DNA of 64,000 nucleotides from Candidatus Eiseniibacteriota bacterium (GTDB lineage: Bacteria > Eisenbacteria > RBG-16-71-46 > CAVPCR01). A program made the translations under genes and the position numbers. How positions within the stretch are numbered: the first letter of the stretch is position 1; the number at the start of each line of letters is the position of its first letter. The stretch covers positions 2,144,001 to 2,208,000 of the forward strand of contig CAWGMA010000001.1 in the NCBI GenBank assembly GCA_963823555.1, written 5' to 3'. The notes under the pieces are model-generated. The model did not search any database and was not told the DNA's origin. It was given only the letters and a program-made list of their open reading frames with translations. Below are positions 53,743 through 63,922 of this stretch, one piece after another.

Positions 53743-56700
53743 TTGGCCGCGAATCGCAGGATTGGGCTCCTGGGTGGTCTCCGCGTCATCGACGGTGATC
53801 GAGAGATCACGCACTTCGTCACGCAGAAGACCGCTTCTCTCCTCGGCTTTCTGGCCTATCATCGCGAGCAAGCGCATCTCCGCGACACCGTGATCGAGAT
53901 GCTCTGGCCCTGGGCCAGTCCCGGAGCCGGCCGCCAGAGCCTGAGCACCGCGCTATCCGCCCTCCGCCACCAGCTCGAGCCGATCGGTTTCTCCCCCGGT
54001 TCCGTCCTCCTCACGGATCGCAACACCGTGCGCTTGAACCCTGAGACGACCGTCACCGATGTCCAGGAGTTCGAGACAGCACTGGCAAATGCTGACAAGG
54101 CGGGACCATCCACCAGGAGGCGACAGCTCGAGCGAGCCATCACCCTCTATCGCGGCGACCTGCTCGCCGGGCTCTATGAAACCTGGATTCCACCCGAGGC
54201 GGAACGTCTTGCAGAGCGGTTCCAGGCGGCAGCCTCGGAACTGGCCCGGATCCTCGCGGCTCGCGGCGAGAAGGAGCTCGCCGCCACTCACCTGGAGCGG
54301 GCCATCGAAACAGCGCCGCAGCGCGAGGAACTCTACCGGCAGCTGATGTGCCTCTATTCGGCACTCGGCGATCCTCATCTGGCGCTCGATCTCTACGCGG
54401 AACTGGAAGCCGGCCTGCGTCAGGGTCGGAGGCAGACCCCGGCGGCGGCGACCCAGGAGCTGGCGCAGGAGCTCAAGCATAGCGTCGTGGCTCGCCCCAT
54501 GGCGACGGCGGCACGCAGGCGAATCATCGATCGCAGGGCGCTGCGTGGAGCTCCCGCCACACTGCCCACCGGGACTGTGACCTTCATCGCCATTCTCGCC
54601 GCCAGCGGGTCCGAGCCCGAGCTCCGCGACCTTGGGTTCGATGAAGAGATGCGACGCCATGGCGGCGTGATGGTCGAACCCGAATCCAACAACGCCGCAT
54701 TGCATGTGATGGCGTTCTCGCATGCCGGCGACGCGCTGAACTGCGTCGCGGCGTGCCAGCTGAGAGCGGCACGGTCTCCGAGCAGGGACGCGTCGCGGCC
54801 GGCCATGGCCGTTCACACCTGCCAAGCGGACGTCGGAACTGACGGGCGCTATCCACGCGGCACCCTCGAACATGTGTTGAGCCTCCTGGCCGTGAGCCAT
54901 CCCGGGCAGATCTTGTACACGGAGACCGCCGCGGCCCTCGTCCGCCATGGATTGAGCGGTGGATTCGGGATGCGCAAACTCGGCCGCTATCGCCTACCGG
55001 GCGGCGCGGCTCCTGAACCCCTCTGTCAGATCGATTACCCGGGCGGTCCCGAGAGCTTTCCCCCGCTCAGAGCCGAACCCGGCCCTGCCAACCATCTGCC
55101 CGTCCGCATGACACGCTTCTTCGGACGCGAGGGCGAGATACTCCAGATCGAGGCCATGCTCTCGAGTGGGGCCCGGCTCATAACCCTCGTCGGCGCGCCG
55201 GGATGCGGAAAGACACGCCTCGCACTCGAGATGGCGAATCGGATGGTCGAGGCGTTCGCTGGTCGTGTGTGGTTCGTGCCACTGACCGACCTGCCCGAGG
55301 GTAGTGGCATCCACGACCGGACTCTCGACTCGCTCCGGATCACGCGTTCTCCTCGGATCCCACCCCTCGGTCGAATCGAGTCGGAACTCGCCGATCACCG
55401 GGCGCTCATCGTGTTCGACAACTTCGAACACCTGCTTGGAGCAGCGGGTGAACTGAGCACTCTGCTCGAACATCTACCGCACCTCCATTGCCTCGTCACC
55501 TCGCGACGGCGGCTGAACCTCCCGGAAGAGGAGTGCTTCGGGGTCTATCCCCTGCCGACGCCGATGGACTCCTCCATGAAGACCCTGCTCGCCAATGAGA
55601 GCATCCGGTTGTTCATCGATCGGGCCCAGGCCGTCGCGCCCGAGTTCGATTTGACTGCCGACAACTCCGGGGCTGTGGCGGAGATCTGCGCGCGTCTGGA
55701 TGGCATCCCGCTGGCCGTCGAGCTCGCTGCTGGCCGCCTCAACGTACTGGCGCCGGATCAGATCCTGGAACACCTGGGGGGGCCAGGAACCCTCATGTCC
55801 AGCCGCATTCGAGACGATGACACGCGGCATCGCACCCTGCGGGCAGCCGTGGACTGGAGTTACTCCCTGCTCGATCCCGAGCTCCAGACGTTCTTCGCGC
55901 AGCTCTCCGTGTTCGCGGGGGGGTGGACCACCGAGGCTGCCGAGGCGGTGTGCGATCAGCCGCTGGCCGAGGACCGCCTCTCCGAGCTCTCCGCCTGGTC
56001 GCTGGTCCTCTTCAGGGAAGCGAGCGAAATCGGAGCACAAGCGGGAACCGGTTCCGAGCCTCGCTTCGAGATGTACGCGAGCCTCCGGGAGTTCGCGCGC
56101 GAGAAGCTGCATGCGCTCGACGCTGACCTGGAGCGCCAGGCAGAGGAGCGGCATGGACGGTGGTATGCGCAGCATGGCACCGACGCGGCCATCACGGCGC
56201 TCGACCTGCACGGTGGAGTGGAGCGCCGCAAGAAGCTGGGAAGGGAGCTGGAGAACCTGGTCGTTGCCTGCCAGCGAGCCAGCGAGCGTGGCGATGGCGA
56301 GATCGCCGGGGATGCCTATTGTGGCGCGGCGGCGGTGCTCCTCTTCCAGGGGCCCTTCCACAGGGCCATCTCCCTCGGCGAGCGGGTGGGGGCACTGCCG
56401 CTCGATCAGCCGCACCGGATCCGGGTACTCAGGTATCTGGGGATCGCGGAACTTCGTTCCGGACAACACGATCAGGCAAGGGGCCACTTCGAGGCCGGGC
56501 TTGCGCTGGCGCGAGAGACGGGTCAGCGGCGCGATGAGGGCATGCTCCTCGCATGCCTGTACAGCCTTTGCCGGGAGCAGAACCGATTTCAAGAAGCACG
56601 CTCGCTCATCGAGGGCGCCCTGGCCATCGCCCGGGAGGTCGGAGATCGGATCAATGAGGGCATCTTCCTCGGAAACCTGGGTTCTCTGGACTTCACTGTG

Positions 56701-57669
56701 GGTCGGGTGAGAGAGGCGGAATCCCATACCAAGGCGGCGATCGCCATCCATCGCGAGGTCGGCAACCGCAGTCAGGAGGGTCTCTGCCTCGGAAACTTCG
56801 GCGTCATCTGCCGCGAGCAGGGCCGCACGAGCGAGGCACGCACCCATTATGAGTCGGCGCTCGCCATCCATCGCGAGGTCGGCAACCGGCGGCTGGAAGG
56901 GGTTCTCCTCGGTTATCTGGGGAATCTGTGCCGCTCTCAGGGGAAGCGCGACGAGTCCCGCACCTATCTCGAGGCGGCGCTCGCCATCCACCGGGAAGTC
57001 GGCAACCTCGCCTCCGTCGGGATCACGCTCGGTTTTCTGGGCAATCTGCATCGCGAGCAGGGCAGGATCGACGAGGCGGTCACGCTCTACGATGATGCCC
57101 TGGCCGTGGCGCGGAAGATCGGTGACAGGCGAACTGAGGGCACGATCCTGGGCAATCTCGGCATCTCGCAGTATGGCCGAGAGCGGATGCAGGAAGCCGA
57201 GTCGTACTACCGAGCGGCCATCGCCATTCATCGGGAGACATCTGACAGCGGAGGGGAAGGCCGTACGCTTCACAGCCTGGGGTTGCTCTGCCTCGAACAG
57301 AACCGACTGGACGAGGCGCAGAGTCATTTCGAGTCTGCGCTCGATACCGTGAAGGCAGGAGGCAACACGCGAAGCGAGGGTGCCATCCTCGAGAGTCTGG
57401 GCTCCGTGTTCATGGCCAAGGGCCTGATCCAGCAGGCAAGGGAAGCGATCGACCGCGGTGAGGAGATTCTCCGCGCGGTCGGCAACCCATGGGAACTGGC
57501 AAGCCTCTACTGCACGCGGGCTCAACTGGAGATGAAGATCGGCAACCCGTCCGCCGCCATCACGGCGCTCAGGAGGGCGGAGGACCTGGCCGTCCAGGCG
57601 GGGGCGGGACCGGAATCGGAACTGGCGAAACGGCTGGCCGAAGCCCGCCTGATCTGCCCGGCGCTCTAG
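53743..57669 (+). CDS. AfsR/SARP-type regulator: wHTH, BTAD, degenerate cyclase-like domain, STAND ATPase, TPR repeats
   Basis: LLGFLAY, LWP, LYRGDLL.G, NHLP..TRFFGRE, GAPGCGKTRL, DNFEHL, LDGIPLAVELAA and H.TLRAAVDWSY. TTG start after GGAGGA; alternative ATG at 53704. Confidence 0.9.
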   Translation: MAANRRIGLLGGLRVIDGDREITHFVTQKTASLLGFLAYHREQAHLRDTVIEMLWPWASPGAGRQSLSTALSALRHQLEPIGFSPGSVLLTDRNTVRLNPETTVTDVQEFETALANADKAGPSTRRRQLERAITLYRGDLLAGLYETWIPPEAERLAERFQAAASELARILAARGEKELAATHLERAIETAPQREELYRQLMCLYSALGDPHLALDLYAELEAGLRQGRRQTPAAATQELAQELKHSVVARPMATAARRRIIDRRALRGAPATLPTGTVTFIAILAASGSEPELRDLGFDEEMRRHGGVMVEPESNNAALHVMAFSHAGDALNCVAACQLRAARSPSRDASRPAMAVHTCQADVGTDGRYPRGTLEHVLSLLAVSHPGQILYTETAAALVRHGLSGGFGMRKLGRYRLPGGAAPEPLCQIDYPGGPESFPPLRAEPGPANHLPVRMTRFFGREGEILQIEAMLSSGARLITLVGAPGCGKTRLALEMANRMVEAFAGRVWFVPLTDLPEGSGIHDRTLDSLRITRSPRIPPLGRIESELADHRALIVFDNFEHLLGAAGELSTLLEHLPHLHCLVTSRRRLNLPEEECFGVYPLPTPMDSSMKTLLANESIRLFIDRAQAVAPEFDLTADNSGAVAEICARLDGIPLAVELAAGRLNVLAPDQILEHLGGPGTLMSSRIRDDDTRHRTLRAAVDWSYSLLDPELQTFFAQLSVFAGGWTTEAAEAVCDQPLAEDRLSELSAWSLVLFREASEIGAQAGTGSEPRFEMYASLREFAREKLHALDADLERQAEERHGRWYAQHGTDAAITALDLHGGVERRKKLGRELENLVVACQRASERGDGEIAGDAYCGAAAVLLFQGPFHRAISLGERVGALPLDQPHRIRVLRYLGIAELRSGQHDQARGHFEAGLALARETGQRRDEGMLLACLYSLCREQNRFQEARSLIEGALAIAREVGDRINEGIFLGNLGSLDFTVGRVREAESHTKAAIAIHREVGNRSQEGLCLGNFGVICREQGRTSEARTHYESALAIHREVGNRRLEGVLLGYLGNLCRSQGKRDESRTYLEAALAIHREVGNLASVGITLGFLGNLHREQGRIDEAVTLYDDALAVARKIGDRRTEGTILGNLGISQYGRERMQEAESYYRAAIAIHRETSDSGGEGRTLHSLGLLCLEQNRLDEAQSHFESALDTVKAGGNTRSEGAILESLGSVFMAKGLIQQAREAIDRGEEILRAVGNPWELASLYCTRAQLEMKIGNPSAAITALRRAEDLAVQAGAGPESELAKRLAEARLICPAL
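56600..57260 (+). repeat. 120-nt (40-aa) periodic TPR-encoding repeats
   Basis: GCCATCCATCGCGAGGTCGGCAACC and variants recur at 120-nt spacing (about 56623, 56743, 56863, 56983, 57103, 57223), encoding ALAIHREVGN-type units. Confidence 0.75.
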
Positions 57670-57949
57670 ACCGCCTGTGGAGACCGCCCGGGCTCGATTC
57701 CAGGGGCCGAGCGGAAGCCTGCACTCCGCACGTCCGGAATGAAGCCGTAAGACATTATAAAAAGATCACTTACAGGAACATCAAGAACGATTTAAGACTT
57801 TTGTGAGAGTGAGCGCGCATCGTCACTTCACGCGCAACGAAGGTGATGAAGCCGCAAGCAAGCTCCGGCCAGGAGGGCCGGATCAGGCCGGGAGGTGCGC
57901 GGTTGGGTCGTCGGGGGAAGGCCGCTACCCCCGACCGCGCGCCAGGACG

Positions 57950-57985
57950 AGAAGCCCCGGCGGGTGGTGCCCCGCCGGGGCTTCT
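57950..57985 (+). terminator. Strong hairpin in the intergenic region between the two SARP regulators
   Basis: AGAAGCCCCGGCGGG-tggtgc-CCCGCCGGGGCTTCT: perfect 15-bp stem followed by GCTTGTT. Confidence 0.6.
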
Positions 57986-58141
57986 GCTTGTTCGAGATGG
58001 CCTGCGATCCGCAACGATGCGGGCTATTCCCATTTCTCCCCTGTGGATGATATTCTCAGCAAGTGGCTCTGCGGGAACGCCTTCTTTCCCGCCTGAGTCG
58101 GTCGGTCCATCCCCGGCCCAGACCCATTCGGGAATCGAGCC

Positions 58142-61100
58142 ATGGCCGCAAGCTGGCACATTCGGTTCTTTGGCGGACTGGTCCTCCAGGGACCGGATCG
58201 TACGATCACTCGCTTCCGCACCCAGAAGACAGCGGCGCTTCTGGCGTACCTGGCTTATCACCTCGGCCGCACTTTCCCGCGCGAGACCCTGGTCGACATG
58301 CTGTGGCCGGGCGACTCGATCTCGGGACGCCACAGCCTGAGCACAGCCCTCACTTCGCTTCGCCGTCAGGTCGAGTTGCCCGGGCTCCCTGCCGACTCCG
58401 TTCTCGTCGCCGATCGATACTGCGTGGCACTCAGCGCCGACACCGTCTCTACGGATGTCATCCAGTTCAGAGCAGCACTCCTGCGCGCGGAGCGCGCACG
58501 AAACGCCGAGGAGCGCATCCACGCGCTGGAACATGCGGTCGGGCTCTATCAAGGCGAGTTTCTCCCCGGTCTCTATGAGGAATGGGTTGGCCGGGAGAGC
58601 CTGGCTCACTCCGAGCGATTCGCCAACGCTCTCTGTGAGCTCACGATTCTTCTCGAGAAGCGCGGGGACAGCGTGGCCGCTATCGAGTTTGCGCGGCGTG
58701 CCATCCAGGCCGATCCGCTGCGCGAGGAGCCCTACCGGGAGCTGATGCGCCTCTATGCCGGGATGGGTGAACCGAGCACGGCCGTCCGCTATTACCACGA
58801 CCTCGTGCAGGTCTTTCGCACTGAACTCGACGAATCGCCGTCGCCTGAGACGCGTGCGCTGGCGAAGAAGATCCAGGATGAGCTCTCCCTGAGTGACGGC
58901 TCCCAACCGGCCGAGACGGATTCGACTCGAAGGGGCGACCGGGACCGTGCCGACAGATCAGCAACCGCAGCGACCGCCCCTGCCGGCACGGCGGCCCTCC
59001 TATGGGTCGAGATCACGCCCGCGGACCAGGCGCACGAGCGCGTGGCCACGCCGACACCTGGGCGGCTCCGGAAAGTGCTGCGACGAGAGATCCCCAGTCA
59101 CGGCGGCCACATCGGGACCACACCGGAGGGCCAGCATCTCGGCGTCTTCGCGCGGGCCGCGGACGCGGTCGCCTGCGCTGCCGCGTGCCAGTGCGCACTC
59201 GCTGGAAAGAGTGGACACCCGGCCCGCAACACGACCTTCCGCGGCGCCATCCATACCGGGGATGTCGAGACGACGGGCAGCATCTACAGCGGCTCTGCGG
59301 TCGAGCATCTGGCGCACCTCCTCACGACCGCTTGCGGGGGACAGATCCTCTGCTCGGAGGCAACGGCAGGACTGCTGCGACCCATTCTGGATGGGGGCGT
59401 CACGATACAGAGCATCGGCACCTATCGAATCGGAGAGAAGGCGGTCGCCGAGCGCATCTACCAGATCAACTATCCAGGCCAGAAGATCACCAGGTTTCCA
59501 CCGCCACGCGCCGCCCATGGCCGCCCCAGCAATCTTCCCCTCCAGTTGCCGCGATTCTTCGGCCGGGAAGAGGAGCTCCGGCAACTGGTAGGACTACTCA
59601 CCACAAGCGACATCCGTCTCATTACCCTGGCCGGTCCGCCCGGCGTCGGCAAGTCCCGGCTCGCCATCGAGACGGGGACGCGAGCCCTCGAATCGTTCGG
59701 CGGCGCCGTCTGGTATGTGGACGTCGGCCATCTGCGTGATGCCGCCCGCATCCCTCACGAGATTCTCGAGGCGCTTGCCATCGAGCCCGATGGCAAGATC
59801 GGACTCCTGACGCAGTTGACCCGGGCCCTGGCCGAAGAACGCGGACTGCTCATCCTCGACGACATGGAGCACCTTGCCGCGGGGGCTCCCCTGATTCGAT
59901 CCCTGCTCGAAGACTGCCCACAGCTCAGGGTCCTCGTCACCTCGCGCGAACTGCTCCACCTTCCCGGCGAGCGCGAGGTCATGGTCGCGCCCCTACCGAT
60001 CCCTGTCGCGGACGACGCACCGGAGAAGCTCGCCGTGACCCCGAGCGCCCAGCTCCTGGTCGACCGGGCCCGATCCGTGAGACCAGACTTCGAGCTCACG
60101 GCCCATAACGCCCCCTACCTGGCCGCCATTTGCCAGCAGCTCGAGGGGCTTCCCCTGGCCATCGAGCTTGCCGCTTCCTGCATTCACAAGATGGGCTTCC
60201 CTGATACGCTCGAATTCTTCGCGCACGAACTCGATCTCCCCATCAACAATGGAGAGATCAGGACTCGCCATGGCACACTGCGGGCGGCGCTCGACTGGAG
60301 CTTCGATCGCCTCGGTCCGGATCACCAGCGCTTCTTCGCCTGCCTCGCCGTGTTCCGCGGCGGGTGGACAGCAGAGGCCGCCGAGGCAGTGGGTGATGAT
60401 CCCCTGGCGCTGGACCACCTGGCAGACCTCGCCGATTGCTCACTGATCCAGACCGAGCACGGCCCCAGTGCGGTTCGCTTCCGCATGCTCGATCTGGTGC
60501 GGGAATATGCGCTGGAGCGCTTGGTGGTTCTCGGAGATGCAGGCCCTGCTGAAGCCCGGCATCGCGAGTTCTACCTGGACCTCGCCACGAGGGCGACCGC
60601 CGATCGCCACCGAGCGCTCTCCGCTGCGCAGCTGGAAGTTCTCGACGCGGAGCACGAGAACATGCTGGCCGCCATCGAGTGCTTCAGCATGACGCCTCGT
60701 TGCGCGTCCGTGGCCTTGCGCCTGGCCGTTGCCCTGCACCCATTCTGGTGCAGGCGCGGTCATCTGAAGCTCGGCCTGGCCGTCATTTCGCGAATTCTGA
60801 GCTTGCCGGAAGCTCCTCGGCACTCGCAGCTACGTGCTGAAGCGCTCCATGCCCTGGGACTGCTGTCCCGGGAGCAGGGCGCCTGCCCCATCGCCCAGCG
60901 GCATCTGGAAGATAGCCTCGCCATCTATCGGGAACACGATGACGCAAGAGGCGCCGCTAGTGTGCTTCACGAGCTCGGGATTCTCTTCGCTCGGCGGCAC
61001 GAGTGGGACCGGGCCCAGGACCGCTTCATGCAGGCCTTGTCCCTCGTCCTCGAGTCAGGAGACCTCTGGCTCGAGGCACGGATCCGCGGAGATCGCGGCG

Positions 61101-61756
61101 CCGCCTACCTCGACGAAGGTCGACCTGAGAAGGCAAAGGACGACCTGGAGAGAGCGGCGGCGATACGGCGCCAGCTTGACGACAAGGAGGCTCTGGCAAC
61201 GCAGCTCGTCACCCTCGCCCGCGCCCTGCAGAGCATGGGAGAGGATACGCGCGCCGATTCCCTGTGGCGGGAGTGCCTGGCAATCAGGCGAGAGATCGAT
61301 GATCTCCCCGGGGCGGCCCAGGTATTGCTCGAACTGGCAGCCGCCAGAGCGACCGCCGGGGATCATGAGGCGGCTGCGCGACGCATCGGAGAGTGCCTCG
61401 CTTTCGCTCGCGATCTGGGTGCCCACCCCACGGCAACGGATGCGTGCGCGACGCTCGCGGAAACCGCCGCTGCGATCGGCAGGACCGATCCAGCCGACTC
61501 CGCTTCAGCACTCTGGACATGCGCGGTCAAGCTGGCTGGGGCAGCCGAGTCACTGCGGGGAGAATCACAAGCCGCGCCGACAACGGATGCGGCACGGCCG
61601 GACGAGCGACTGCTGAGGGAAGCGCGGGCCGCTCTCGGTGCAGCGGCCTTCACGAGTGCCCTGGCGGAGGGTCGGGCCATGAGCTTCGATCAAACCATTA
61701 CCTACGCGCTCGGTGCCGTGAAGGAGCTTCGCTCGGACTCCAGCTTGCCGACATGA
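58142..61756 (+). CDS. Second AfsR/SARP-type regulator (wHTH, BTAD, degenerate cyclase-like domain, STAND ATPase, TPR)
   Basis: LLAYLAY, LWP, LYQGEFLPG, DPLREE.YR.LM, SNLP..LPRFFGRE, GPPGVGKSRL, LEGLPLAIELAA and H.TLRAALDWSF. Confidence 0.9.
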   Translation: MAASWHIRFFGGLVLQGPDRTITRFRTQKTAALLAYLAYHLGRTFPRETLVDMLWPGDSISGRHSLSTALTSLRRQVELPGLPADSVLVADRYCVALSADTVSTDVIQFRAALLRAERARNAEERIHALEHAVGLYQGEFLPGLYEEWVGRESLAHSERFANALCELTILLEKRGDSVAAIEFARRAIQADPLREEPYRELMRLYAGMGEPSTAVRYYHDLVQVFRTELDESPSPETRALAKKIQDELSLSDGSQPAETDSTRRGDRDRADRSATAATAPAGTAALLWVEITPADQAHERVATPTPGRLRKVLRREIPSHGGHIGTTPEGQHLGVFARAADAVACAAACQCALAGKSGHPARNTTFRGAIHTGDVETTGSIYSGSAVEHLAHLLTTACGGQILCSEATAGLLRPILDGGVTIQSIGTYRIGEKAVAERIYQINYPGQKITRFPPPRAAHGRPSNLPLQLPRFFGREEELRQLVGLLTTSDIRLITLAGPPGVGKSRLAIETGTRALESFGGAVWYVDVGHLRDAARIPHEILEALAIEPDGKIGLLTQLTRALAEERGLLILDDMEHLAAGAPLIRSLLEDCPQLRVLVTSRELLHLPGEREVMVAPLPIPVADDAPEKLAVTPSAQLLVDRARSVRPDFELTAHNAPYLAAICQQLEGLPLAIELAASCIHKMGFPDTLEFFAHELDLPINNGEIRTRHGTLRAALDWSFDRLGPDHQRFFACLAVFRGGWTAEAAEAVGDDPLALDHLADLADCSLIQTEHGPSAVRFRMLDLVREYALERLVVLGDAGPAEARHREFYLDLATRATADRHRALSAAQLEVLDAEHENMLAAIECFSMTPRCASVALRLAVALHPFWCRRGHLKLGLAVISRILSLPEAPRHSQLRAEALHALGLLSREQGACPIAQRHLEDSLAIYREHDDARGAASVLHELGILFARRHEWDRAQDRFMQALSLVLESGDLWLEARIRGDRGAAYLDEGRPEKAKDDLERAAAIRRQLDDKEALATQLVTLARALQSMGEDTRADSLWRECLAIRREIDDLPGAAQVLLELAAARATAGDHEAAARRIGECLAFARDLGAHPTATDACATLAETAAAIGRTDPADSASALWTCAVKLAGAAESLRGESQAAPTTDAARPDERLLREARAALGAAAFTSALAEGRAMSFDQTITYALGAVKELRSDSSLPT

Positions 61757-61774
61757 GCCCCTGAATGGGGGGGT

Positions 61775-62503
61775 TCAGCTCAGGAGCTTCCCGCCATCCA
61801 CGGCGAGGACCTCGCCGGTAATGAAGTCCGACTCGCAGAGGAAGACCACCGCGCGCGCCACATCCTCCGCGGTCCCGATGCGCCGGACGAGCGCGCGCTC
61901 CGCCTCCTCGCTGACCTCGGCGTCCGTGGCATCAGGTGCGGGAAGCACGGTCCCGGGCGACACCGCATTGACGAGTACGTGCGGTGCCAGCGCCTTGGCC
62001 AGACCGTGAGTGAGGTAGTTGAGTCCGGCCTTGGTCGCCCCGTAGGGGAGATAACCTGTCCACGGCAGAACCCCGCCGACATCACCGATCATGATGACGC
62101 GACCGCCGCGGCTGCGCAGCACCGGGGCCAGGGCCTGGGTCAGCAAGAAGGGAGCGCGCAAGTTGAGAGCGAACAGCCGGTCCCAGACCTCGGGCTTCAC
62201 CGTGCCGAGCGGTGTCCGGAAGTACACGGCAGCCGAATTGACCAGGATGTCGACCCCGCCGAAGCGCTCGGCCACGTCACGGGCCAGCTGCTCGATGTCC
62301 GAGGTCTCGGTGAGATCGGCCGCGAACGTGGCGACCTCGACCCCCTTCGCCCGGATCTCAGCCGCCGTCTCTCCCGCGGCTTCGACCGACTGATTGTGGT
62401 GCAAGGCGATCGAGGCGCCGCGCCCCGCCAGCTCGAGCGCGATCGCACGCCCCACGCGGCGCGCCGCCCCCGTCACGAGAGCGATCTTTCCCGAGAGTTC
62501 CAT
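61775..62503 (-). CDS. SDR, pteridine reductase / FolM-like
   Basis: TGAARRVG.AIA, LVNSA, NLRAPF.L, YGATKAG, VNAVSPG.VL and FITGEVL.VDGG. Confidence 0.82.
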   Translation of the reverse strand: MELSGKIALVTGAARRVGRAIALELAGRGASIALHHNQSVEAAGETAAEIRAKGVEVATFAADLTETSDIEQLARDVAERFGGVDILVNSAAVYFRTPLGTVKPEVWDRLFALNLRAPFLLTQALAPVLRSRGGRVIMIGDVGGVLPWTGYLPYGATKAGLNYLTHGLAKALAPHVLVNAVSPGTVLPAPDATDAEVSEEAERALVRRIGTAEDVARAVVFLCESDFITGEVLAVDGGKLLS

Positions 62504-62504
62504 C

Positions 62505-63911
62505 TCACCGTCCCTCCATCACATCGCCATGCAGTGTATGCGACGTGGAACTGTGAACAAGCACCCGGACCAGACCCCCTGGCCCGACGCCGGCGGCCGG
62601 GAACACCACGGTCTTCCCATGCTCGCATTTGCCATATAGCCGGGACGGGTCGCGGCGCGACACGCCCTCAACGAGCACCTCGACCGTTCGGCCCTCCCAC
62701 AGCCGATTCTGCTCGGCGGCGATCGACTCGACCAGAGCGATCACTTCCGTCAGCCGCTCCCCCTTTTCCCCCTCACTCACCGTCTCCGGCTGTTCACGTG
62801 CCGCGTGTGTCCCTTCACGCTCCGAGTACTTGAACATGAACGCAGACTCGAACCGCACCTCACGTAACAAGCTGATCGTATCCGCGAAATCATCATGGGT
62901 CTCACCCGGGAAACCGACGATGATGTCGGTCGTGAGGGTGATGGACGGCATGGCCGCCCGCATGCGGGAGACGAGGTCGAGAAACGAGGCTCGCGTGTAA
63001 TCTCGGCGCATGGCCGCAAGCACGCGATCCGAGCCCGACTGCACCGGCAGGTGGACATGCTTCATGACCGCCGGGTGCTCGGCCATGACCGCGATCGTGC
63101 GGTCGTCGAATTCAGCAGGATGCGGCGATGTGAAACGTACGCGCTGGATGCCGTCGACACTGGCGACCTGAGCCAGGAGATCGCCGAATCCAGTATCTCC
63201 ATGCCGATAGGCGTTCACTGTCTGCCCGAGCAGAGTGACCTCGCGCCCACCTGCCCGCGCGTGCTCGGCGACCTGCCGGATCACCTCCGCCGGCGGCACA
63301 GCGCGCTCCCGCCCGCGCACATAGGGCACGATGCAGAACGTACAGAACTTGTCACAACCGCGCTCGATCGTGATCCAGGCGTGGACACTGCCCGCGCGCA
63401 CCGGATCGACGCCCTCGTAGTGCTCGCCGCGGTCGAGGTGGAGATCGCGATGGGGATGGCCGAGCCGGGCGCCATCGCCGGCCGCGGCGATCAGGCGCGG
63501 CAGGCTCCGATAGGCGTCCGGCGATGCGATCACATCGACGGCTGCGGTGTCGCCTGTCAACTCCTCCCCGACGTGCTTCGCCATGCAGCCCAGAACACCC
63601 AGGATGAGCCCCGGGCGCTTGCGTTTCCAGCCGGCGAGCTCGGCCAGGCGGCCGCGCACGCGTTCCTCGGCATGCTCGCGGATGGCGCACGTGTTCATGA
63701 GGATGACATCGGCCTCGCGCGCGCTCGCGGCCGTGCGATACCCGGCCGGACCGAGGATGCCAAGGATGAGCTCCGAGTCGGAGATATTCATCTGGCAGCC
63801 ATAGGTCTCGATGAACACGCGGGGCCCGCCCACCACCCCGGGCACGAGCCCGCCTTCGGGCGCTGGTCGGGGCGCGCCGCCATCGGCTCTGATCGGAATC
63901 CGCATCGTCAT
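62505..63911 (-). CDS. miaB: tRNA-2-methylthio-N6-dimethylallyladenosine synthase
   Basis: ETYGCQMNISDSE, NTCAIREHAE, GCDKFCTFCIVPY.RG.ER, LLGQTVNAY, RFTSPHP, HLPVQSGS, DIIVGFPGET and C-terminal TRAM domain. Confidence 0.95.
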   Translation of the reverse strand: MTMRIPIRADGGAPRPAPEGGLVPGVVGGPRVFIETYGCQMNISDSELILGILGPAGYRTAASAREADVILMNTCAIREHAEERVRGRLAELAGWKRKRPGLILGVLGCMAKHVGEELTGDTAAVDVIASPDAYRSLPRLIAAAGDGARLGHPHRDLHLDRGEHYEGVDPVRAGSVHAWITIERGCDKFCTFCIVPYVRGRERAVPPAEVIRQVAEHARAGGREVTLLGQTVNAYRHGDTGFGDLLAQVASVDGIQRVRFTSPHPAEFDDRTIAVMAEHPAVMKHVHLPVQSGSDRVLAAMRRDYTRASFLDLVSRMRAAMPSITLTTDIIVGFPGETHDDFADTISLLREVRFESAFMFKYSEREGTHAAREQPETVSEGEKGERLTEVIALVESIAAEQNRLWEGRTVEVLVEGVSRRDPSRLYGKCEHGKTVVFPAAGVGPGGLVRVLVHSSTSHTLHGDVMEGR

Positions 63912-63922
63912 CGCCCCACAGT

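Noticed and set aside
56600..57260. Regularly spaced DNA repeats as a CRISPR array
   Set aside because: They are in-frame 120-nt units with codon-level variation inside a CDS, i.e. TPR repeats. No cas genes are present.
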